This document shows positions 17,339 through 26,599 of a stretch of DNA of 64,000 nucleotides, in pieces. The stretch comes from a virus. Made by a program: the position numbers and the translations under genes. The stretch lies in the IMG/VR virus record IMGVR_UViG_3300026076_000001; one strand, given 5' to 3'. Position 1 is the stretch's first letter; each line of letters starts with the position of its first letter. Under the pieces are notes generated by a model. That model made no database searches. It worked only from the letters and a program-made list of their open reading frames with translations, and had not been told where the DNA came from.

Positions 17339-17986
17339 TTACAAACTTCCTAGGAAGTTTTGGAACACCTTGAGTTTCCGTGCCTCTAGATCACGGAGCT
17401 CACTTTCAGAAATGAACTTATGATATTTAGCTACTTTTTCTTCTTTTACGATACCATTATCCCAACACCATTCCTTACCTTCCATTATGCCATCTACGAA
17501 AGCATCAGGTGCGGAGGGGTCGGCGACGATATCAGCAGCAGTAGCTAACATATAGTCATCTCTAACGAAGGAAGTACCTTCACGTTTCTCTACAGTACCT
17601 AAACCTCTAGAGGAAACTCCAAGACGTACACCTTCATCTAATAGATTCTGTGCAATCTTGCCCATAGGTGTGCCAAGAATTCTTGCCTTACCTACAAAAT
17701 TATTTCCTTCTTTACGGAGTGAAACGATACGGTGAGATACCCTATCCAAATTAATGGTAGGACCATCTGGGTGACCAAGTTCACCTACAGCACGATCTCT
17801 ATTGACGTGCTCTTCAATGTACTTGTTTACTTCACGTTCAAGAATGTTAATAGGATAAACCCTATTATTACGATTCTTGAGCTCGCCTTGTAAAAAGACA
17901 CCTTCAATATACTGGGACTTCTTACCGTTCTTGGTTTCAGTCAGGTATTGTAGACCCTCAGTTAGTGTTTCCGATATCAGTTTCAT
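17339..17986 (-). CDS. gp21: prohead protease
   Basis: YIEGVFLQ...NRNNRVYP, ELGHPDGP, LGVSSRGLG, ADIVADPSAPDAFV. Confidence 0.97.
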   Translation of the reverse strand: MKLISETLTEGLQYLTETKNGKKSQYIEGVFLQGELKNRNNRVYPINILEREVNKYIEEHVNRDRAVGELGHPDGPTINLDRVSHRIVSLRKEGNNFVGKARILGTPMGKIAQNLLDEGVRLGVSSRGLGTVEKREGTSFVRDDYMLATAADIVADPSAPDAFVDGIMEGKEWCWDNGIVKEEKVAKYHKFISESELRDLEARKLKVFQNFLGSL

Positions 17987-18248
17987 CAGTTTTTGGTTCT
18001 GAGTTGTTTTCTGGTTCTACAGAAGATGGAGTGCCTGGGGCTTCCGCTTCTGGAGTTTCATCTGGAGCATCTGGAAGTTCCATACCCCCAAAGTATGACT
18101 TAGCTATTACATCAGAGTATTGATCTAATGTCTCTGCCGATTTCCCATACATTAGGTTGTTGATAGCATCAACAGCAGCAGCACGATTACCATCAGCGAT
18201 AGCATCTACAGCAGCACGTGCGGAAGTTTCGGGTGTAACTTTGTCCAT
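17958..18248 (-). CDS. small prohead core-associated protein (gp67/gp68 position)
   Basis: 96-aa acidic ORF between portal and protease; late promoter CTAAATA 18269-18275. Confidence 0.6.
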   Translation of the reverse strand: MDKVTPETSARAAVDAIADGNRAAAVDAINNLMYGKSAETLDQYSDVIAKSYFGGMELPDAPDETPEAEAPGTPSSVEPENNSEPKTDETDIGNTN

Positions 18249-18271
18249 AATATGTCAGAATATATTTTTAT

Positions 18272-19846
18272 TTAGCGTTCTAAGGACTTTGTGTCCTCAA
18301 CAGGCTGGTTTTCGGGGAGTATTGCATCAATTGGAACGATGCTTGGTATCAATCCAGAAGCACGTTCCTTCTTGATTTCTGCTTCTATTTCCAATCTTTC
18401 CGTATCAGTTTGCTGTAGAATCTTCTTCTTAATATTCTCTGCACTGAAATAACGTCCAATGTAAGGTTCCATCTTGACAACTAAGTCAAGGCGGTTGTTC
18501 ATTAGCTCCGCATCTTTCAGTTCATTAAAGTGATTATCAAAGAGATAATCATATTGAATATGCTCCCTCATCTCTTCCCACTCTTCGAGAGAGATAACTC
18601 TCTTCAGAACGAGTTGAGTCTTTAGAAGATCATCAAACAGAACAGAAAACTTTTTACGCAAGCGACCGACGAACTTGGAAAATTTAAGTTCGTCACGAAG
18701 AATTTCATTACTTCTTCCGAGACTAAATCCTTTTTCTCCATCGAGTCTACTGGGGGGTAAGTTGAGCGACTTGAAAAGTTTGGTGCGGAAGTACTCCACA
18801 TCCTTTAACTCACCAAGGTTTTGCCCACCAGGAAGAGTAGAGATCTCTGTGCCTCTACCACCCTCTCTGCGTGGTAACCAGAAATCCTCAAGCATCGACA
18901 TATGCTTTTTGTCATCTCTGATCTCACCAGTGTTAGCATCGTAAACTAACTTATTACGATACCTATTCATTACATCACGGAGGTATTGCTCCGCTTTCTG
19001 CTTAGGCAGATTACCAACATCAATATAAAATATCCTACGCTCTGGAGCACGGGATAGTCTATAGATGACTAATGCATCCTCAATCATTCTAAGTTGATTG
19101 AGTGACTTGATAGCTTTGTGTAGGAAAGATAATGTGATCTTTTGATTTAGATCCTGTAGTCCAGAATCTACGTGAGCAATAGAATCCTCTGCCATACGAA
19201 TGCCCTTTTGCTCAGGACCATTCATATTCAAGAATCCTTTTGGATTGTAGATATAGTATTCTTCGTGCTTACCGAAATCTAAATCCAGAACTGTAGGTTC
19301 TTTACCAGCTCTCTTTGCTTCGTTAGGATCTTTCTTATCCTTTAGTTCTCTTACCTTCTTTATTTTAAGTGGATCAATATACCTAAGTTCCGTTATACCC
19401 AACTTAGGGTTAGCTAAATCGATAACCTTATGGTAGTGAAGTCTACCATCAATATACCAACGACGGAATATTTCGTGTGCTCTTTGCTCGAAACCTAATA
19501 GACGCTTGCAATTTTCAAACTCTTCTCTTATCTTACCCTTAATATTCTCTCCTACGTTCAGATTAGATAGTTCTATCTGTACTGGAGTGTCATCTAAGTC
19601 AGATATAATAGCTTCGTTAACTACTTCATCAATAGCCGTATCCACTTCTGGATGAAGGGCCATATCACGATAACGGCGAATCAACTGGTACTCATTACGA
19701 GTTGACGCACCGCCATCGAGGTCTACATATTGTCCAAAGTAACCACCAGCAATAGTGGTAATACTATCATCCTGACTAGGAGGGATTGGGGATTGACCCT
19801 TCGGTCCCTCCTTTCTCTTTATAGAGAATCCAAATAATTGTGCCAT
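18272..19846 (-). CDS. gp20: portal protein
   Basis: LIRRYRDMALHPEVD, WYIDGRL, EDALVIYRLSRAPERRIFYIDVGNLP, EDFWLPRREGGRGTEI. Confidence 0.99.
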   Translation of the reverse strand: MAQLFGFSIKRKEGPKGQSPIPPSQDDSITTIAGGYFGQYVDLDGGASTRNEYQLIRRYRDMALHPEVDTAIDEVVNEAIISDLDDTPVQIELSNLNVGENIKGKIREEFENCKRLLGFEQRAHEIFRRWYIDGRLHYHKVIDLANPKLGITELRYIDPLKIKKVRELKDKKDPNEAKRAGKEPTVLDLDFGKHEEYYIYNPKGFLNMNGPEQKGIRMAEDSIAHVDSGLQDLNQKITLSFLHKAIKSLNQLRMIEDALVIYRLSRAPERRIFYIDVGNLPKQKAEQYLRDVMNRYRNKLVYDANTGEIRDDKKHMSMLEDFWLPRREGGRGTEISTLPGGQNLGELKDVEYFRTKLFKSLNLPPSRLDGEKGFSLGRSNEILRDELKFSKFVGRLRKKFSVLFDDLLKTQLVLKRVISLEEWEEMREHIQYDYLFDNHFNELKDAELMNNRLDLVVKMEPYIGRYFSAENIKKKILQQTDTERLEIEAEIKKERASGLIPSIVPIDAILPENQPVEDTKSLER

Positions 19847-19885
19847 AATAAGGTAGTATACCTTGTACTAAGGTATTTAGTCAAT

Positions 19886-20476
19886 CTAATTTATGCCGTT
19901 ATCGTACTCTTCAGGGTTGTCACCAGCAGTCCAGTATTGAACTTGGAACTCAACCGTGAATTCTTCGATCTGATCATTGCTATCATATGCAAGATCGATC
20001 TGTGATATCTGTGTTGGGAAACATCCCCAGAGCTTGTAAGACTTAACGTAGTTGTCCTGACGATCTTCGCCATTACGTCCTAGTTGATGTACTACAAGAT
20101 CCTTTGTGTATCCAGTACCACCACCATCAGGATTAACCAATGCAGCAACGTTATCTTCGTGTGCATTGATTGCCTGTAGCCATCCTTCAAAGAGATTACG
20201 TAGTCTGAAGTTAGTATCGTTGATGATAGTAACTGACCAAGTGTCAAAGGTTCTGTCTCCAGCTACCTTTACAACTCTTCCACGGAAAGGAACATCTATA
20301 ACTCCTAGGTTAGAGGCAGGAAGTGCTGCACTCTTACATAGGAATGATCCAAGTTCTCTGTCTGATTGTGATACACCTAAACCTGCTGGCCAATCGAGTT
20401 TGACCCTAAACAGATTAGGTTTAACTCCACTCCGTACTTTCGAGAGGAAGTCCTTTACATTACTTGTGACTGCCAT
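19886..20476 (-). CDS. gp19: tail tube protein
   Basis: PNLF, LPASNLG...FRGR...AGDRTFDTW, IEEFTVEFQVQYW; late promoter CTAAATA 20499-20505. Confidence 0.96.
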   Translation of the reverse strand: MAVTSNVKDFLSKVRSGVKPNLFRVKLDWPAGLGVSQSDRELGSFLCKSAALPASNLGVIDVPFRGRVVKVAGDRTFDTWSVTIINDTNFRLRNLFEGWLQAINAHEDNVAALVNPDGGGTGYTKDLVVHQLGRNGEDRQDNYVKSYKLWGCFPTQISQIDLAYDSNDQIEEFTVEFQVQYWTAGDNPEEYDNGIN

Positions 20477-20518
20477 TTGCTATTGACCTCTGTTAATTTA
20501 TTTAGCGGGAGTGAATCT

Positions 20519-22702
20519 CTATCTTCCTACAATCTCATCGAAACTAACACCAGTACGTGTAGCAACGAATGTAATTGTAATAAAGTTGATAGAGCGAGAA
20601 GGCTTAAGATAGATCTCAGCAACAAACTCGTTACGATCTATGACATCGCCTGTGTTGTTTGTCTCGTCGCAGATTACGAGGTAGTCAGTTAGACCACGAC
20701 GTGCTTGAATCTCACGAAGATAACCACCAACAGCGTTAGCGAAGGATGAACGTGTAACGTCATCGTTTAGATCAAAGAGAACATTCTTTGCAAGGTTCTC
20801 AACTTGCTTCTCAACAACCAAGAACAAGCGACGAACGTTAATTCTATCGAATGCACTAGGTGTGCTAAGTGCGGTCTTATCTCCAAAGAGAACAGTACCA
20901 CGACCCTCAAAACTAGAGATTGGGTTTACACGTGCTTGATAAAGCTTATCACGGTCAGACTTAGCAGGGGTGTATGCTAGTTTGATTACGTTGCGAATGT
21001 TACCACGGTTAAATCCAGCTGGTGAGAACCAAGGATCTAACTCATTAGCGGTTTGAACAGCCAAGCCAGCAACATCACCATTGCAAGGTACGTAGCGATA
21101 GGTATCATTAAATCTGTCGTAGATATACTTCCAACCAGAGTCAAATACTGCATAGGATGTAGAAGAACCAACTCCATCGAAGAAGTCAATTACGTTGTCT
21201 CTTTGTGCATCAGTGCTTGTAGCAAGTGTACCGATGACTGCACCCTTATAAGGTGAGACAAATGCCATACAATCTTTACGTGCAGAAGCAATGTTTACAC
21301 ACTTCTGTGCGACTGAGATTGAATCAACTCTGGTACTTAGAAGAGGACCAGCGAGGATAAAGTCTAGGTTGATTGATTCAGTGTCAGCAAAGAGATCATA
21401 ACCTGTGTTAATATCTCCAGCATTAACAGCGTAACCATCTACACCACCAGCCATTGTGTATGACTGATATCCAAGCATCGTATAGTTACGACCACTTTGG
21501 ATTCCACTTCCCCATAAACCAGTGGTGTATCCACCGTATGAAGCAGTTGTGTTAGTTACGTCGTGCTTACCCCACCATAGGTAAGTAGAAGCAAAGCGAA
21601 GGATGTTAGCGTAATAGTTGTCTGCACCTTCTGTAGTCTGTGAATCAGCAGACTTAGATACGTTCTGGAACTTCTCAAGAACTGTGTTCTTAGTACCAGA
21701 GATTGCACCAGTAGCATCTAGAACAACAATACTTAGTTCATCATACTTAGAACTGAAGTTTGAAGCGTATGTAGATGTACCAGGTCTTGAAACAAGAGTG
21801 TTCCAGTTAATGTCTGTACCACTTAGTTTTGCTGCATCCCACCACTTAGTAGAAGCAGTAACGTTTACAGCAGCAAGTTCGTATACAGTAGCATTGTCAA
21901 GAGCATCAGCAGCTGTGGTACCAAACTGTCCACGATCAACTGAGAGTTGAGGAGCAGAAGCAGTGTCAGTTACCTTAACGATTTCTCCACCAGCAATCTG
22001 GAGATACTCACCAGTTGCAATGCCAGTAGCAGAAGTAACTGTGATAGTTGCGTCACCAGCAGCTACAGCACCGTCAAGAGTAGTATTTGTAGCACCTGTA
22101 TTCTGGATCAGGAGATTAGCGGTACCTGTTACAAGGTTACCATTAGTTTCAAATACTTTAAGAGCAGTACCACCAGCAGGATCAACGAATAGTTTACCAG
22201 TAACACCATTGCTCTGGTATACAGTAGTACCAGCAACAGCAGTTGTAGCTGCACTAACAGTTAGATCAAAGTCGTGTCCGTGGTCTACTACGTGAACACT
22301 AATGTTGTTTCCATATGAGCCAGCATACTTAGCACCGTAGTGGAAGTTCTGTGCTCCATCAAAATGATTAGTTGCGTAGTCTGAATCTCCCTCAATCAAT
22401 ACAGCAGATGCACTATCAGTTACAGCGTTAACTAAGTTGCTGTCTCCAATACGTACAACTTGTAGTTGTCCACCGTATGATAAAAAGTTTGTTGCGGTGA
22501 ACCAAAACTCTGCGTTGCTTGAGTTTGGCTTACCAAAATATTCTAGTAGTGATTTCTCGTTGGTGATGTTCACCATCTGATTCACTGGACCTCTCTCGAA
22601 CGGTCCAACTAATGCTCCAACGTTATCTACTGTTGAGTCTATACGAGCGTTAGTAAGGTCACGTTCCTTAATAACAACTCCAGGTGATACTTGCCCTGCC
22701 AT
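20519..22702 (-). CDS. gp18: tail sheath protein
   Basis: SPGVVIKERDLT, WFSPAGFNRG, GDKT, AFDRINVRRLF, IYLKPSRSINFI. Confidence 0.98.
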   Translation of the reverse strand: MAGQVSPGVVIKERDLTNARIDSTVDNVGALVGPFERGPVNQMVNITNEKSLLEYFGKPNSSNAEFWFTATNFLSYGGQLQVVRIGDSNLVNAVTDSASAVLIEGDSDYATNHFDGAQNFHYGAKYAGSYGNNISVHVVDHGHDFDLTVSAATTAVAGTTVYQSNGVTGKLFVDPAGGTALKVFETNGNLVTGTANLLIQNTGATNTTLDGAVAAGDATITVTSATGIATGEYLQIAGGEIVKVTDTASAPQLSVDRGQFGTTAADALDNATVYELAAVNVTASTKWWDAAKLSGTDINWNTLVSRPGTSTYASNFSSKYDELSIVVLDATGAISGTKNTVLEKFQNVSKSADSQTTEGADNYYANILRFASTYLWWGKHDVTNTTASYGGYTTGLWGSGIQSGRNYTMLGYQSYTMAGGVDGYAVNAGDINTGYDLFADTESINLDFILAGPLLSTRVDSISVAQKCVNIASARKDCMAFVSPYKGAVIGTLATSTDAQRDNVIDFFDGVGSSTSYAVFDSGWKYIYDRFNDTYRYVPCNGDVAGLAVQTANELDPWFSPAGFNRGNIRNVIKLAYTPAKSDRDKLYQARVNPISSFEGRGTVLFGDKTALSTPSAFDRINVRRLFLVVEKQVENLAKNVLFDLNDDVTRSSFANAVGGYLREIQARRGLTDYLVICDETNNTGDVIDRNEFVAEIYLKPSRSINFITITFVATRTGVSFDEIVGR

Positions 22703-22743
22703 TTAATTACCTCTCCGAATGAAGATCCAGATTTGTCTAAATT

Positions 22744-22751
22744 TATTTATC
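22744..22751 (-). promoter_or_regulatory. late promoter GATAAATA (gp18)
   Basis: NATAAATA box ~40 nt upstream of gp18; SD GGAGAGG at 22710-22716. Confidence 0.75.
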
Positions 22752-22787
22752 TAAAAGGGATCTTTCAGTGGGGAAACGATGCGTGAA

Positions 22788-23012
22788 CTACCAGTCAGGG
22801 TATGCTTCATTAGGTGACTTATCCTTTCTTCTCTCTTGTATCCTTTTAATGGTGCAGACCTTACATTCATATGAGTAACTAGATGCCAGTTTACCTCTAG
22901 CCTTCCTAGTAAGGTAGAAGTCCTCTATCAAACTCTTCTCTTCTCCACATACTCTACAGCACCTTGTTTTAAAGACTAGATGATCTACAGAGAACTCCTT
23001 ATCAAATTCCAT
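22788..23012 (-). CDS. small zinc-finger protein (CxxC...CxxC)
   Basis: CRVC...K...DFY...YSYECKVC. Confidence 0.7.
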   Translation of the reverse strand: MEFDKEFSVDHLVFKTRCCRVCGEEKSLIEDFYLTRKARGKLASSYSYECKVCTIKRIQERRKDKSPNEAYPDW

Positions 23013-23278
23013 TATGATACTTTACCACCCCATTCAGAATTAGGATCTAATCTCTCCATATAGTTAAACCCAGATCCTTCTGGGTATATGTATTTACCAT
23101 TCTCATCAAAGTTTGGTCCTACTTTCTTTGCAGGGTATGTGGGGTAAGGTCTTAACCCTGCTCTCATCTCATTACCTTTTCTTCTTCTCAACTGATTACC
23201 AGTCTCGTGATCTTCAGGCATAGTAGGCCACGAAGATCCTAAGAGCTCTTTGATCATCTCCTTAGTGTAACCTTTCAT
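23012..23278 (-). CDS. hypothetical protein (88 aa)
   Basis: ORF track; coupled overlaps. Confidence 0.65.
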   Translation of the reverse strand: MKGYTKEMIKELLGSSWPTMPEDHETGNQLRRRKGNEMRAGLRPYPTYPAKKVGPNFDENGKYIYPEGSGFNYMERLDPNSEWGGKVS

Positions 23279-23469
23279 TTTTCAGCAGCATATAAGGCAA
23301 ACGTAGAAGTAGTTATAACAGTCATCATATTTGCTATATGTTGTTTGACATCTGAATCACAAGTTTTACCAGGTATAAAGCAACCAAATATTGTTGCTGC
23401 TACTATTGCTAATTGAAAAAATATAACAAACCTTATAAGGTCGATGACTTGCTTCTTAGTATCCATCAA
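23275..23469 (-). CDS. small membrane protein (64 aa, 2 hydrophobic segments)
   Basis: LIRFVIFFQLAIVAATIFGCF and IANMMTVITTSTFALYA. Confidence 0.6.
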   Translation of the reverse strand: MMDTKKQVIDLIRFVIFFQLAIVAATIFGCFIPGKTCDSDVKQHIANMMTVITTSTFALYAAEK

Positions 23470-25130
23470 ATGTAAGGCATCATATAATCTACTTCGTATT
23501 GTTTAGTACCATATTCATCTAGCTGCCATACATTACCATCCTCATCTACTATAGTCTCTTCTTCTAATCCTGTCTCTATGAATCCGAACGGAGCCATATC
23601 TTGTTCCATTTCATTCTTACGTTCATCATAGATCTTCTTACGAACGTCAAGGTCTGTTAATTCCCTGAAGAAATCCTGAAGTACCATCCAAGAGAATATG
23701 ACGTGACACATTACTAGGTCATCGTGATACCCTTCATCTGCTTCAAATGAATCTTTCTTCTGAACAAACGTAGTTAGTTCTGCAATAGTGTCATAGTCAT
23801 TGATAAGTAACTTATCCTCTTCTATGAGTGCCTTAAGGTTAGAGCATCCTTGCTTCTTAACCGTCTTAGACATCTTGACACCTAACTGTGCTTTACCACC
23901 AGAGAAACCAGATCCCATAACCTGACCAGCTCTACCACGCATAGCACACATCAATAGATTAGGATACTCCAGATCAAACTGAAGAATAGAAGCAACCTGA
24001 TCTCCTATATCATTCACCTCTATCATTATATTTGCATTATTATAATTCCTTGCGGTGTCATAGATTACATTAGGGAATAGTATAGGTTTAATTTCATTGT
24101 TTCTATACTTACCTACTAATCTATACGGGAACTCTGTGATATCAAATACACAGAAGGCAGAGTAATCCTGTGCGGTTCCTCTAGCTACGTCAACAGTAAT
24201 AACATACTCGTGTTTATCTTTTCTATTCTCGTATAGGTCTAATCCTTTATTCCTTACTATAGGAGTATCAAATGATAGTGCTTTTAACTTAGCAGGGTTG
24301 ATAAGAGTATCCTGTGATCCTAAGAATTCACACTCAAACTCCTGAGTGAACTGTCTTTGAGAAGTATTACGTATAGTCTGTTCCTTCCATTTAGCATCTC
24401 TACCAGGAACCTGAGACCAATGTACTTCGTGATTTACATATTCGTTTCTACCTTTGAGGGAGTCCTCCCACATCTTGTAGAACATATTCATCCCGTTAGG
24501 GGTGGATATGATAATTACTTTTGATTTCTTACCTGAACTAATCGTCGGATAAACGGAACTAAAAAACTGATCGCATATATGGTTGGGGATAAATGCAAAC
24601 TCATCAAGGAAGACAATATTGAAAGACATACCACGGACAGCACTGGCACTAGTAGAAGCTGCGATAAGTTTTGATCCATTTTCTAACTCCAGTGATCCTC
24701 TGTTCCAAGCAACGATACCTTGCTGCATCCAACGTGGTAAATTCTCATACGATAATTGGAGACGGCTAAGCATTTCCCTAGCCGTTGCAGCTTTGTTTGC
24801 AAGAATTGCTACGTTTACATTAGCATTAAACAGTGCATAATGCAACAGGTAGGTCGTAACGATAGTAGACTTACCAGACTGACGTGGTAGTTTTGCTATA
24901 TTAAATCTGTTCGTATGGAACTTATGCATCATCTCCTTCTGGAAATCATACATCTTAAAGTCCATCAAACCTTCGTCTATATTAACAATCTTCAAATACC
25001 TTTCAGTGAAGTAGACAGGATTGTCTCTACACTTAATATACTCAGCAACTTGTTTCTTTGTGAAACTCTGCTGAGTATTTGCTTTTTTTAAATTGGGGTT
25101 ACCAAGATATATGTCAGTAGCTGCTCCCAT
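23466..25130 (-). CDS. gp17: terminase large subunit
   Basis: YLGNPNLK, PRQSGKS, RGMSFNIVFLDEFAF, ISTPNG, DVARG, DDLVM; no intron or intein apparent. Confidence 0.98.
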   Translation of the reverse strand: MGAATDIYLGNPNLKKANTQQSFTKKQVAEYIKCRDNPVYFTERYLKIVNIDEGLMDFKMYDFQKEMMHKFHTNRFNIAKLPRQSGKSTIVTTYLLHYALFNANVNVAILANKAATAREMLSRLQLSYENLPRWMQQGIVAWNRGSLELENGSKLIAASTSASAVRGMSFNIVFLDEFAFIPNHICDQFFSSVYPTISSGKKSKVIIISTPNGMNMFYKMWEDSLKGRNEYVNHEVHWSQVPGRDAKWKEQTIRNTSQRQFTQEFECEFLGSQDTLINPAKLKALSFDTPIVRNKGLDLYENRKDKHEYVITVDVARGTAQDYSAFCVFDITEFPYRLVGKYRNNEIKPILFPNVIYDTARNYNNANIMIEVNDIGDQVASILQFDLEYPNLLMCAMRGRAGQVMGSGFSGGKAQLGVKMSKTVKKQGCSNLKALIEEDKLLINDYDTIAELTTFVQKKDSFEADEGYHDDLVMCHVIFSWMVLQDFFRELTDLDVRKKIYDERKNEMEQDMAPFGFIETGLEEETIVDEDGNVWQLDEYGTKQYEVDYMMPYI

Positions 25131-25474
25131 TATCTCCTCACCACAACATCACCTTCACCATCATCTTCTTCTTCTAGTTCTTTAATCCTATCCTTAAGGT
25201 CTTTGTTAAGTGGATCTCCTAGGTTGTGAAGTTCTGGTGAGTCTAGTTTAAATCTATCAGCAATTTCTTCTTCTGGTCTTGGTGGTTGTAGTTCTCTAAA
25301 GTTGACAACCAATAGTTCATCACCTTCTTTCACATCTGCCATCTCTGGGTGTGGAAGAGGTTTTTTATTTCTATCGTACTCATTTTGTTCCATAGTTTTC
25401 CAACCAACAGACATTAAACGAAATGCTTGAATCAATAAGTAGAGTGAGAATCCATAAAATAAAATAGGAATCAT
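25130..25474 (-). CDS. DUF2973-like cyanobacterial membrane protein
   Basis: N-terminal TM followed by HPEM...G.ELLVVNF. Confidence 0.65.
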   Translation of the reverse strand: MIPILFYGFSLYLLIQAFRLMSVGWKTMEQNEYDRNKKPLPHPEMADVKEGDELLVVNFRELQPPRPEEEIADRFKLDSPELHNLGDPLNKDLKDRIKELEEEDDGEGDVVVRR

Positions 25475-25659
25475 TCGCTCAGTACTTCTGGTTCCTCATC
25501 AAGCATACCTTTGACAAAGGGTGAGTCACCCTTAACTCTCATCATCTCTTGTATCTCTCGTTCTTTCTTTTTAAATCTTTCTTCCTCAAGAATCTCTTGA
25601 GCCATACCCCACGAATTCGTGGCGTTATCCTTTATGTCGATGTTCCTTATGATGTGCAT
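25471..25659 (-). CDS. hypothetical protein (62 aa)
   Basis: ORF track. Confidence 0.55.
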   Translation of the reverse strand: MHIIRNIDIKDNATNSWGMAQEILEEERFKKKEREIQEMMRVKGDSPFVKGMLDEEPEVLSE

Positions 25660-25733
25660 TTTGTTTCTCCTGGAGAGGCCATTCTATTATAAGTCTAAAA
25701 GTTTTGTAACCTTTTGAGTCTAGAGTCTCTTGT

Positions 25734-26198
25734 TCAAGACTCGACCAGAGTCCCAAACGATCTCCTAATCTCGCGTAACTCTTCAAAGTTCTTTTGTTTA
25801 GTGCCACCGTCATACTCCCAAGCATATCCTTCTGTGATCATCTGTTCATTCAGAGAAATCGTGGTGTCATCAATATATAACCAACCAAGAAGACGACCAT
25901 ACTTACCAGTCCCACCAACAAGCTCAGTGCGAACAGAAAGTTCACCGTCACCATTGATAGTGTCTTCAAGTTTCTTCTTAAGCCAATTAGTCGCATCGAT
26001 ACCCAACGCTTTCTCTTCAAGATCACGTGTGCGTTTTTCTGGCGTGTCAACTCCAGCTACCCTTACTCGCTCCTTTTTATATAGGTCGAAACCAAGGTCT
26101 ATAGTGACATCTATAGTGTCACCATCAAGTACTTTGTCGATTGAGGTCACTCGGAAGTTGTAGCAGCTCTTCCGACTCGGTGGTGTCATCTTGCCCAT
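25734..26198 (-). CDS. thermonuclease (staphylococcal nuclease-like)
   Basis: VLDGDTIDV, RVRVAGVDTPE, GKYGRLLG, LNEQMITEGYAW; likely start MGKMTPP at 26198 (track start 26216). Confidence 0.9.
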   Translation of the reverse strand: MGKMTPPSRKSCYNFRVTSIDKVLDGDTIDVTIDLGFDLYKKERVRVAGVDTPEKRTRDLEEKALGIDATNWLKKKLEDTINGDGELSVRTELVGGTGKYGRLLGWLYIDDTTISLNEQMITEGYAWEYDGGTKQKNFEELREIRRSFGTLVES

Positions 26199-26301
26199 TG
26201 GGGTACCAATCATCATACTTAAGTATGTATACGAGCACCACAGTAACAGCGATCAATAAAATAGCTATCATTATATTAACTGACCAAATGACTTCAGACA
26301 T
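26125..26301 (-). CDS. small membrane protein
   Basis: MSEVIWSVNIMIAILLIAVTVVLVYILKYDDWYPN...; one TM; 3' end overlaps the nuclease gene. Confidence 0.55.
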   Translation of the reverse strand: MSEVIWSVNIMIAILLIAVTVVLVYILKYDDWYPNGQDDTTESEELLQLPSDLNRQST

Positions 26302-26407
26302 ATGCTTCAGCAGCAAGTCTAAAAGCTAATCCTAGAGAAACCCCCATTACTGTGAGACGACTCATCCACCACATTATCTCGTGCTTATTCTTATTAATGC
26401 GTTTCAT
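26294..26407 (-). CDS. small membrane protein (37 aa)
   Basis: Manual translation MKRINKNKHEIMWWMSRLTVMGVSLGLAFRLAAEAYV. Confidence 0.5.
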   Translation of the reverse strand: MKRINKNKHEIMWWMSRLTVMGVSLGLAFRLAAEAYV

Positions 26408-26571
26408 AGCTCCATCCCCATAGTGCAGTAGTCAATAAAATGAGGATGATCCTTTAGATAGGATACATCCTCTTTACTGTGTTCTATTGCTTCGTATGCG
26501 TCTTTTGCATATTCACAAATTTCATAGTGTTCCTGGTTATTGTCGTGATAACCAACAGTGTAGTGCGACAT
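26404..26571 (-). CDS. small acidic His/Cys/Tyr-rich protein (55 aa)
   Basis: Manual translation MSHYTVGYHDNNQEHYEICEYAKDAYEAIEHSKEDVSYLKDHPHFIDYCTMGMEL; ATGA coupling to the next ORF. Confidence 0.65.
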   Translation of the reverse strand: MSHYTVGYHDNNQEHYEICEYAKDAYEAIEHSKEDVSYLKDHPHFIDYCTMGMEL

Positions 26572-26599
26572 TGGGATTACGATTATTTCGAGTCCACTA

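Noticed and set aside
2622-25000. Numerous plus-strand ORFs of 60-130 aa in the track opposite core genes (e.g. 2622..2861, 7794..8153, 20106..20486, 21963..22295)
   Set aside because: Antisense shadows of well-supported minus-strand genes; Ser/Leu-rich, with no RBS or family motifs.
18272-25130. Introns or inteins in gp20, gp18 and gp17
   Set aside because: The ORFs are continuous, of ordinary length, and have no splicing or homing-endonuclease motifs.
25714-26163. 149-aa plus-strand ORF
   Set aside because: Exact antisense of the thermonuclease; Ser-rich shadow.
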